Virus record (IMG/VR): IMGVR_UViG_3300032229_000782
Coordinates: 1-24,136 of that record
From: a virus
Lineage: Duplodnaviria; Caudoviricetes
Length of the DNA: 24,136 nucleotides
Direction: 5' to 3' (one strand)
The translations under genes were made by a program, and so were the position numbers. This document shows, piece after piece, positions 17,808 to 24,136 of the stretch (positions are counted from its first letter, which is position 1; each line of letters opens with the position of its first letter). The notes beneath the pieces are model-generated. The model was not told the origin of the DNA. It searched no databases and saw nothing but the letters and a program-made list of their open reading frames with translations.

Positions 17808-18486
17808 TATTTTCTCTGAGAACCTTTCTTATCAAACTTTTAATCCCTTCGTTTTTCGGCTTATAATGTGTCATTGTAGGTGCGTTACCAGTTCCTGTTT
17901 TTGGTTCAGTTTTTTCAGCTCTCCTCTTTTGTTGACAAGCAGACCTTTTTTCAGATGCACTCATTTTTGCAGCAACACCAACTGCCCTACATTTTGGATA
18001 TCCTTTATCTTTTGCCTCAGGTCTTCCACACGGAGGATGTTTACCATTTTCTTTTCTACAAATATTAACCCATGGACCTTTAGGTTGTTTACTTCCTTTA
18101 GGTTTTTTCTTAGTTCCAAACCAAACAGCTAAGTCTTCTTTAAGTGGTCCAACAGCCTGCTTTATTATTTTTTCAGGACTTTCAACATTTGCAATATTAC
18201 TACCATCCTCATCGTTTTGTCCTGTATAAAACTTTTTTAGGTAATCATCGATTTTAGATAATTTCTTTGTTCTTCTCTCAATCGCAGCTCTTTTTTCAGG
18301 ACTTTCTTTGAAATCACCGTCAGCCTCTTCATAAGCCAATTCGGCGTTTGTGTAATGATATACCGGCTCAACAAATGGACTTAATTGGTCTTCTTCCCAA
18401 TCTTGAGGGGCTAAAACAATCGGAACTTTAAATTTTCCCGAACTTCCTGCACCTGTTGCTTCTTTTATTTGTTTTTTATTCATCAT
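17785..18486 (-). CDS. Putative internal head protein with a basic Cys-rich (WF..WVNIC..PCGR..YPKCR; DUF5872-like) module
   Basis: Start re-placed at ATGATG 18486/18483, downstream of TATTTATA. IKE|ATG, LKE|DL and IKSLIRKVLRE motifs. Confidence 0.55.
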   Translation of the reverse strand: MMNKKQIKEATGAGSSGKFKVPIVLAPQDWEEDQLSPFVEPVYHYTNAELAYEEADGDFKESPEKRAAIERRTKKLSKIDDYLKKFYTGQNDEDGSNIANVESPEKIIKQAVGPLKEDLAVWFGTKKKPKGSKQPKGPWVNICRKENGKHPPCGRPEAKDKGYPKCRAVGVAAKMSASEKRSACQQKRRAEKTEPKTGTGNAPTMTHYKPKNEGIKSLIRKVLRENTNPTSSK

Positions 18487-18497
18487 TGTTATCTTAG

Positions 18498-18505
18498 TAT
18501 AAATA
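18498..18505 (-). promoter_or_regulatory. Putative late promoter TATTTATA (minus strand)
   Basis: The plus strand reads TATAAATA; 11 nt before ATG 18486 on the minus strand. Confidence 0.65.
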
Positions 18506-18520
18506 TCATTACATTTCATT

Positions 18521-18745
18521 ATGGAAGACAAAAAACAACCAATTGGAGAATTATTTGAGACAATTTCTTATTTCTCACCCACTGACATATCAAATCTTAT
18601 TGACGGTCTTAATGAGGAACAATCAGTCTACATGATTGGATTGGCAATTAATATGTGTTATCAAAAAAATTTATTTACTTTAGAAGAGTCTGAAATAATC
18701 TCAAAGTCATTACGTGTTTTGAACACAAGTAGATTATCTAAATAA
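18521..18745 (+). CDS. Hypothetical small protein
   Basis: 74 aa ORF filling the gap between the divergent gene and the bidirectional terminator. Confidence 0.6.
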   Translation: MEDKKQPIGELFETISYFSPTDISNLIDGLNEEQSVYMIGLAINMCYQKNLFTLEESEIISKSLRVLNTSRLSK

Positions 18746-18773
18746 AAAAAGGTCCCTTTTGGGGACCTTTTTT
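18744..18773. terminator. Bidirectional rho-independent terminator
   Basis: A7-GGTCCC-TTTTG-GGGACC-T6 between the convergent 18521..18745 and the major capsid gene. Confidence 0.9.
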
Positions 18774-18791
18774 GTATCGTCAAAGAATAGA

Positions 18792-20594
18792 TTATCTCAA
18801 TTCTTTTAAGTCGAATGTTCTTACGCCATCAACTGTGATTCTACCGTAGAATCTGTTGTTCACCATCTTCTTAGCGTATCTAGTCATGATACCTTTGATT
18901 GGAGTGAAGTTGAACGGATTGTACATTGTAGGTGTAAGTTGTAATGGAACGTATGGTGCGTAGATGTAACCTGTGTCAAGTAAAGACGTACCTTTGTGTC
19001 CCAATAACACTTGGTTTGGTGGGAAGTAAGGGTCTCTATACACTTGGTAACGACCAGCTAAAGTTCCAACTCTTTCAATACCCATGTTGTATTGGTCTTG
19101 CTCAGGAGCTGCGTTCGAAACGTGGAAATATTCCAAGTCATCGAAGATTGCACTGATTTCAGAAGAAACAACAATCCAGTTAGCACCACCTCTTAAAGTA
19201 GACTTATGGATTTGAGCAGAAACTTGGTTGATTGCTGTGATAAGCGTTTGGTTCCAGTCTTTTTGAGTGTAAGGAACTGCGTTAGTACCTAATCTCTTCC
19301 AACCGTTGTAATCCCATCTTAAGTTCCAAGCTGCACCTTTTCTAAGGTCTCTCAAGATTTCTCTATCGATTTCAGCCGCAACTTGTTCAGATAATAAAGC
19401 TGTTAATTCAGCTTCAGCATCGATGTTGTGGAATGCTGCAACGTCTTGTGCCATTTCTGGAGACCATTGTGCTCTTAATTTTCTTTCAGTTACAGAAACT
19501 GTTACTGATTGTAAGTCGAAAGATACCTCACCGATTCTATCTTCGAATTCTAAGTTCTTGTAAATTCTGTAAACAGGGATAAACGCTTGGTTTACTGCTG
19601 TTGTAGAAGAGAACGTTGAACCTGTGTAACCGTCGATTGAACCACCGCAAGAGATACACGCAGGAACCTGAAGGTCTACTTCAAGATAGATTTGACCATC
19701 AACGTCACAGATGTCATCGTATTGACCACCACCTGTTCTTGAACTTGGGAAATCTAATTGTGCGTTGTTGTTACCGTATTGAACGATACCTTTACCATAT
19801 CTTTGAGTTACAACTCTAAATAAGTAAGGACCACCACTCGCTGTTGTTGGGTTAGTTCCTTGACCATAGATAGTCAAATCAGACAAGAATGATTCATTGT
19901 CAATTGGGTTACCATCAGGACCAATTAATTTACCGCCACCTGCAGAAGCAAAACCTGACATGATTAATAATACTTTTCTATAGTCAGCTGTTGCATAAGC
20001 CGCTGGGTCAAGGTTTAATGTAACGTTATTCCATTGAGCAGTTACAGCACTACCTGTGATAGCAGAGAACTGACCTTTAGAATAGTCATATAAACCTGGT
20101 GGGTCTAATGCTGGTTCTTCACCCTCGTAGAACTTGTCATACAATGTTCTACCTGTGTTGTAGTTATATCCAGCATTTGGAGATGCAGGTCCATTAGGTG
20201 CTCCATAAGGAGGATAGTGAATTCCTGTATCTGAAGTTGGGTCACCACCCACTTCATAGCTCTGGATGTTAGGTACGAAGTAGAACAATTTACCGATTGG
20301 TAAGTTCATTGCTTGTACTGATACGATATCATTTGCTAATAATTTAGAGAAAACTCTTCTAACGATAGGGAAAACCACAGTTTCGAAAGCACCTGTATCT
20401 GAAGTTGTTGAAGCTTCGTTGATAAGGTATGACGCTTGGTTTTCATAAAGTTGTGCTACGTTCTCTCTCATGTGACCTTTAAGACCCTCTAAGAATCCTA
20501 ATTTGTCCCATTTGCCGATTGTGTCTTCTTTGATAACTTTAAGGTGCTTAAGACCGATGTTACCAACAAGACCTGATTCTAATAATGCTCCCAT
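18792..20594 (-). CDS. gp23: Major capsid protein, T4 gp23-like
   Basis: ENQ, P.VRR, IVSVQAMNLPIGKLFY, RKLRAQWSPEMAQD, DAEAEL..LLSE..AEIDREIL, RGGANWIV, G.LAGRYQVYRDPY, YAPYVPL, P.NFTPIKGIMTRY. Confidence 0.97.
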   Translation of the reverse strand: MGALLESGLVGNIGLKHLKVIKEDTIGKWDKLGFLEGLKGHMRENVAQLYENQASYLINEASTTSDTGAFETVVFPIVRRVFSKLLANDIVSVQAMNLPIGKLFYFVPNIQSYEVGGDPTSDTGIHYPPYGAPNGPASPNAGYNYNTGRTLYDKFYEGEEPALDPPGLYDYSKGQFSAITGSAVTAQWNNVTLNLDPAAYATADYRKVLLIMSGFASAGGGKLIGPDGNPIDNESFLSDLTIYGQGTNPTTASGGPYLFRVVTQRYGKGIVQYGNNNAQLDFPSSRTGGGQYDDICDVDGQIYLEVDLQVPACISCGGSIDGYTGSTFSSTTAVNQAFIPVYRIYKNLEFEDRIGEVSFDLQSVTVSVTERKLRAQWSPEMAQDVAAFHNIDAEAELTALLSEQVAAEIDREILRDLRKGAAWNLRWDYNGWKRLGTNAVPYTQKDWNQTLITAINQVSAQIHKSTLRGGANWIVVSSEISAIFDDLEYFHVSNAAPEQDQYNMGIERVGTLAGRYQVYRDPYFPPNQVLLGHKGTSLLDTGYIYAPYVPLQLTPTMYNPFNFTPIKGIMTRYAKKMVNNRFYGRITVDGVRTFDLKELR

Positions 20595-20623
20595 TTTAAA
20601 ATATTTGTTTTGTTTTATTTTGT

Positions 20624-22258
20624 TTATTTAATTTTACTCATTAAATCCTTCATTCTTAAGAATTGTGGATTCTCGTAAGTTTTTGATTCAATTAATGTTG
20701 TTGAAGAACCTGTTGAAACTGTATTGTTTATTTTATTTCCAACTGATTCGTTAATTGATTTTGTATCAACCTGACCTAATTCGTCTTTGATAGACTTATA
20801 AAGATTTTTTGATTCTTTAAGAGTTTCTACTCCGTCAAATCTTCTCAGGATATTTATTTTTTCTTTCTTAGTTGTTGAATGTTCAGTGAAAAGTCTAGTT
20901 GCATATGCTAAATTAGAGTTGAAGATTGCTACTTCAGTTAATTTTTCTCTAAATACATTTAACGCCTTTCTATACTCTTCGTTCTTTTCTCTCAACATAC
21001 TAACTTCTGATTCAAGAGATTCAACTTTAACACCACCTTTTCCATAAACATAGTTTCTGTTGTTAGTAATGCCCTTTCTAAGACCTCTTCCTTCTTTAGA
21101 ACCCATTCCATAAGTTCTAGCAGCTTCTTTAGTTTCAGTCTTTTCATAATCTTTTCCACTATGAGTTTTAGACTTATCACCTTTGTTACCACCAAACTTT
21201 TGTTCGTAGTCTCTTTTAGAACGAGAATCGTCTCCTTTGTTGCCTCCGAATTTACCTTCTTTAGTTTCTGCTTTAACGACTTTAGACTTTCCTTCCATGT
21301 TTGCACCTTTTTTGTAATCAAACTTAGCTTTACCAGTACCAACAGATTTAGGTCCCTCTTTCTTGTCTTCTTTAAATCCACCTTTAGCAGATTTATTGTA
21401 AGAGAATTTAGGTCCACTACCCTTAACACCAGGAGCTTTTTTGTGACTGTAAGCCTCATCTAAGCTTTCTTCCCAATTTTGCTCATCCATTTCCATTTCT
21501 TCTTCATCCATTTCCATTTCCTCTTCGTCCATTTCAATTTCATCAGAATCCATTTCAATGTCTTCCATGTCGTCATCGTCTTGTTCGTCAAATTCGATTT
21601 CATACATAACCTCTTCATCATCTTCAACATCGAAATCCATTCCTTCGCTGTTGTCCGAATCAGATGAGAATAACTTCTCAATAACTGCATCTACATCTTC
21701 ATCTTCTTCCATGTAGTCTTTACGAGATTTAGAAATGTCGCCTTTGTTACCACCATATGATGATTCGCCCATTTCGATTTCTTCATCGTCCATGTCTTCA
21801 TCTTCATCCATTTCTTCAGTCGATTCTCCAAGTTTTACCAAGTATTCGTTGTCAGAATTGTTATCTGTAAGGTGAATGTCTTCGCCATCCTTCTTTACAA
21901 TGATACCGTCTTCTTCACCCATAGCTTTGAAAACTTTAAGAATTTCTTCATCAGAAGCGTTTGTTAAATCAATAGGAGATTCTGAATCCATGTCAGTTAA
22001 ATCTAAGTCCATATCCATTTCGACTTCGTCTTCGTTATCAGTATCCATGTCCATATCCACTTCTTCAGTGTCATCGTCCATGTCTACATCTAATTCAACC
22101 TCGTCATCATCTTGTTCAGATAGAGATTCTTTTACTAATTGATTGATTTCTTCCTTCATAGTTGAAGCAAGTATTCCTTTTGCATTCTCGGCAATTACAT
22201 CTTCGACTTGTTTCATTCGAATGAGTGCCTCTTGTACTACATCTTTATTTTCTTGCAT
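20624..22258 (-). CDS. Prohead core/scaffolding protein (gp22-like position)
   Basis: Lies directly upstream of the MCP; very acidic low-complexity middle, coiled-coil ends, many I/L-x-E sites, terminal FLRMKDLM helix. Confidence 0.8.
   Translation of the reverse strand: MQENKDVVQEALIRMKQVEDVIAENAKGILASTMKEEINQLVKESLSEQDDDEVELDVDMDDDTEEVDMDMDTDNEDEVEMDMDLDLTDMDSESPIDLTNASDEEILKVFKAMGEEDGIIVKKDGEDIHLTDNNSDNEYLVKLGESTEEMDEDEDMDDEEIEMGESSYGGNKGDISKSRKDYMEEDEDVDAVIEKLFSSDSDNSEGMDFDVEDDEEVMYEIEFDEQDDDDMEDIEMDSDEIEMDEEEMEMDEEEMEMDEQNWEESLDEAYSHKKAPGVKGSGPKFSYNKSAKGGFKEDKKEGPKSVGTGKAKFDYKKGANMEGKSKVVKAETKEGKFGGNKGDDSRSKRDYEQKFGGNKGDKSKTHSGKDYEKTETKEAARTYGMGSKEGRGLRKGITNNRNYVYGKGGVKVESLESEVSMLREKNEEYRKALNVFREKLTEVAIFNSNLAYATRLFTEHSTTKKEKINILRRFDGVETLKESKNLYKSIKDELGQVDTKSINESVGNKINNTVSTGSSTTLIESKTYENPQFLRMKDLMSKIK
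21146..21757 (-). repeat. Three copies of a (Y/F)GGNKGD-x6-8-DY peptide repeat in the scaffold
   Basis: Copies at 21713..21757, 21206..21250 and 21146..21196. Confidence 0.85.
21483..21566 (-). repeat. 21-nt coding tandem repeat x4 (EEEMEMD-type heptad)
   Basis: Plus-strand units TCATCCATTTCCATTTCTTCT / TCATCCATTTCCATTTCCTCT / TCGTCCATTTCAATTTCATCA / GAATCCATTTCAATGTCTTCC. Confidence 0.8.
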
Positions 22259-22280
22259 AGAAAAATTGTTTAATTTAACA

Positions 22281-22288
22281 TATAAATA
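22281..22288 (-). promoter_or_regulatory. Putative late promoter TATTTATA (minus strand) for scaffold and MCP
   Basis: Plus strand TATAAATA, intergenic, 22 nt before ATG 22258. Confidence 0.7.
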
Positions 22289-22318
22289 GTGTCAAATAAG
22301 AAAAAAGTATTATTTCTC

Positions 22319-22642
22319 CTATAATGAAACGTAATTTCTTTGTTGTCGGTATAGTTGAATTACCTCTGTATCTGATTGTGATTCAATCCAAGTGTTTAAA
22401 GATTCAAAATCTTCTTCAAAAACAAAATAGTTTGTGGATGCTCCTGTTGAATTGTTTCTAAGTGTTAGTTGATAAAAATTGTTGAATTGAGGGGCATTTA
22501 AAACCAACGTCGCTGTGTTGTAAGGTTGACTAATAGAGTAAATTTCTTTTCCTGTCCCTTCTACATAGGCAGCAGCATCTGACAATGTAGTTGCACTTAA
22601 TAATGTCGAACTTTGGTCTTTGTATTGTATAATAAAAATCAT
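22319..22642 (-). CDS. Hypothetical late protein
   Basis: Start re-placed to ATG 22642 (MIFIIQY...), which has an A-rich leader and lies downstream of the promoter motif; 107 aa. Confidence 0.6.
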   Translation of the reverse strand: MIFIIQYKDQSSTLLSATTLSDAAAYVEGTGKEIYSISQPYNTATLVLNAPQFNNFYQLTLRNNSTGASTNYFVFEEDFESLNTWIESQSDTEVIQLYRQQRNYVSL

Positions 22643-22657
22643 TTTTTTAAGGTTTAT

Positions 22658-22665
22658 TATAAATA
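22658..22665 (-). promoter_or_regulatory. Putative late promoter TATTTATA (minus strand)
   Basis: Plus strand TATAAATA, just past the terminator, 15 nt before ATG 22642. Confidence 0.65.
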
Positions 22666-22677
22666 GTTCCATAAAAT

Positions 22678-22704
22678 AAAAAAAGTGGTCGTTAAGACCA
22701 CTTT
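22678..22704 (-). terminator. Rho-independent terminator (minus strand)
   Basis: The minus strand reads AAAGTGGTC-TTAAC-GACCAC-T7, starting 7 nt after the stop at 22711. Confidence 0.8.
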
Positions 22705-22710
22705 AGATTT

Positions 22711-22920
22711 TTAATCAATTACTTCATCGATTTTACTCTCTGAAACTGAGGTTATTCTCCAATCGTGGGAGAACCCTTCATATTTTTTTGTAACTTTAGC
22801 TTCAACATCAGTTACTGAAAAACCTTTTACTAATTTTTCTTCTCTAATTTTTTTAATTTTTCCAGAGTTTTCATCAGGAAGGTCATAGGTGATTTTTGCA
22901 ACAAAATACTTTTCGTCCAT
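22711..22920 (-). CDS. DUF4494-like small protein (single repeat)
   Basis: YFVAKITY...GKIKKIREEKLVKGFSVTDVEAKV...ITSVSESKIDEV matches the pattern of the Bacteroidota DUF4494 repeat. Confidence 0.65.
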   Translation of the reverse strand: MDEKYFVAKITYDLPDENSGKIKKIREEKLVKGFSVTDVEAKVTKKYEGFSHDWRITSVSESKIDEVID

Positions 22921-22931
22921 AATTTAATTTT

Positions 22932-23648
22932 TTATTTTCCTAAAAAATCGGTAAGTTTTTTCATCAAATCAATAGACTTGTCTAAATTCTTTTCAGGTTG
23001 TTGAATTTTCTTTTCTTCTTCAAGATTTTCTTCATACTTCTCCCTTTCATTAACATCCGAAAAAAGATAAGCGCCTGGTGTAGATGGTGAAGATACTAAG
23101 TCAAAACAGATTAATTCAAAATCATCTTGAACTTCATTTCTTTCCCCAACCTTTTTCAAGGAACCAACACCTCTTGATGAAACTCCCATTGTAACGCCTT
23201 GTCTCATTAAATTCGCTGCTTGGTCTCCCTTAGTTGAAACAATACCTCTCTCATGAAATCCTGGTGACGTTAATAACTTAAGTTTACCCATCAAAATATT
23301 TTTATCCCACCATACATCCGTGATGATGTGGGATACCCTATCTAAGTCAATTAGAGACGATTCTGGGTGGTTTAACTCTGAAGTTGACAATCCCTTAGCA
23401 ATCATCTTTTTATATCTCTCAGCCTCTCTTTTAAGGATTCTTTCAGGGTAAAATCTACCATTCCTATTTGGGGTATCATATTTCTGTAAAACCGCATAAA
23501 ACTCAAAAGGGTTTTTGTAGTCTAATTTAACTGATTCTTTAAGGAACGATGGGTTAATTTCATCACGAGGTGAAACATAACCAGCATCCATCTCAATTAG
23601 TATTCCATGACCTGATTCATTAGCCTCAAGAATTCTTAATTTCTTCAT
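22932..23648 (-). CDS. gp21: Prohead core protease, T4 gp21-like (peptidase S77)
   Basis: NRNGRFYP, ELNHPE (His), RVSH, GVSSRGVGS (Ser), FDLVSSPSTPGAY. Confidence 0.95.
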   Translation of the reverse strand: MKKLRILEANESGHGILIEMDAGYVSPRDEINPSFLKESVKLDYKNPFEFYAVLQKYDTPNRNGRFYPERILKREAERYKKMIAKGLSTSELNHPESSLIDLDRVSHIITDVWWDKNILMGKLKLLTSPGFHERGIVSTKGDQAANLMRQGVTMGVSSRGVGSLKKVGERNEVQDDFELICFDLVSSPSTPGAYLFSDVNEREKYEENLEEEKKIQQPEKNLDKSIDLMKKLTDFLGK

Positions 23649-23660
23649 AACTCTTTTAGA

Positions 23661-23668
23661 AATAAATA
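23661..23668 (-). promoter_or_regulatory. Putative late promoter variant TATTTATT (minus strand)
   Basis: One mismatch to TATTTATA, 12 nt before the protease ATG at 23648. Confidence 0.55.
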
Positions 23669-23696
23669 TACTGATTGAGTAAGTTTAATAGTTATT

Positions 23697-24125
23697 TTAC
23701 TTTTTGGTTTTGTAAAAATCAAAATAGTTGTTGTTTGAAAGATTATTTGTGAAGATATTTTTTACTATTCTTTTAACAGAATCTTTTAATTCTTGAGATT
23801 TAAAGTCCAACTCTTCATTAGTGTAAAGGTTTACTTCTAAATTAAAAAATGATTTTTTTCCTGTTGAAATTCCACTTGTTCTTAAATCTAAGTCAACAAT
23901 ACTTCGGTCCATAAAGACTGTTTGTGATATTGAATTAAATACGGAATGTTTTATTTCACGATTAAGATTACAGACTACTCTATTCCAATTATCATGTTCT
24001 TTTTTAGGACAAACCCAAGATTGAATGTTAATGTAAATTGATTTTAAATTTTTTGAATCGACTGTTCCATATATAGATTTAATTGGACTATACAGATTCA
24101 ACTTTACACTTTTTCCTTTTTTCAT
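23697..24125 (-). CDS. Hypothetical protein of the head gene cluster
   Basis: 142 aa ORF; its ATG overlaps a TAA (TAATG at 24127-24123), suggesting coupling to an upstream gene outside the window. Confidence 0.75.
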   Translation of the reverse strand: MKKGKSVKLNLYSPIKSIYGTVDSKNLKSIYINIQSWVCPKKEHDNWNRVVCNLNREIKHSVFNSISQTVFMDRSIVDLDLRTSGISTGKKSFFNLEVNLYTNEELDFKSQELKDSVKRIVKNIFTNNLSNNNYFDFYKTKK

Positions 24126-24136
24126 TAAGTTTCATA

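Noticed and set aside
21483-21566. CRISPR-like or origin-like repeat
   Set aside because: The repeats are tandem without spacers, in frame, and encode acidic heptads.
20992-21690. Two contiguous alternate-frame ORFs (76 + 155 aa) inside the scaffold, suggesting overprinting or a programmed frameshift
   Set aside because: Explained by the biased GAA/GAT/AAA/GGT codons of the low-complexity region; there is an internal stop between them and no clear slippery site or structure.
16883-22672. ORF-track starts at 16883, 18531 and 22672
   Set aside because: Each extension runs through the TATTTATA motif; the downstream ATGs (16910, 18486, 22642) fit better.
1-24136. Stop-codon reassignment (code 15 or 4), as in some large Bacteroidota phages
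   Set aside because: Genes are full length in code 11 with near-complete coding density; TAG (4887, 17807, 22319) and TGA (2783, 7121, 14861) end genes at sensible positions.
1-24136. tRNA, rRNA, introns, inteins, IS elements
   Set aside because: Intergenic gaps are all under about 70 bp, and no cloverleaf, intein splice motifs or transposase were seen; MCP, protease and PhoH are uninterrupted.

Overview
An AT-rich, densely coding segment of a large T4-like (Caudoviricetes, probably jumbo) phage in standard genetic code. A Bacteroidota host is inferred from A-rich starts lacking Shine-Dalgarno sites and a DUF4494-like gene. The left part (+ strand, 2-10597) is one tightly coupled run: about six putative glycosyltransferases, a WbpB/WbpD-like dehydrogenase/acetyltransferase pair, a GDP-mannose 3,5-epimerase-like enzyme, a SAM methyltransferase, DUF6165, PhoH and a catalytically degenerate HAD protein, ending in a gp55-like late sigma factor. 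The middle (+) holds probable late/structural genes (gp5-like spike, beta-sandwich virion protein, putative internal head protein) and a His-Me endonuclease. The right part (-) is the head module: gp21 protease, gp22-like scaffold and gp23 major capsid protein. A TATTTATA motif, the reverse complement of the T4 late promoter, precedes six late starts, with one further variant. The best candidate for a new system is phage-encoded virion protein glycosylation, with an [S/T]-[G/A]-x-T motif enriched in the structural proteins as a possible acceptor sequon. All family calls come from motif recognition by eye, not from database searches.
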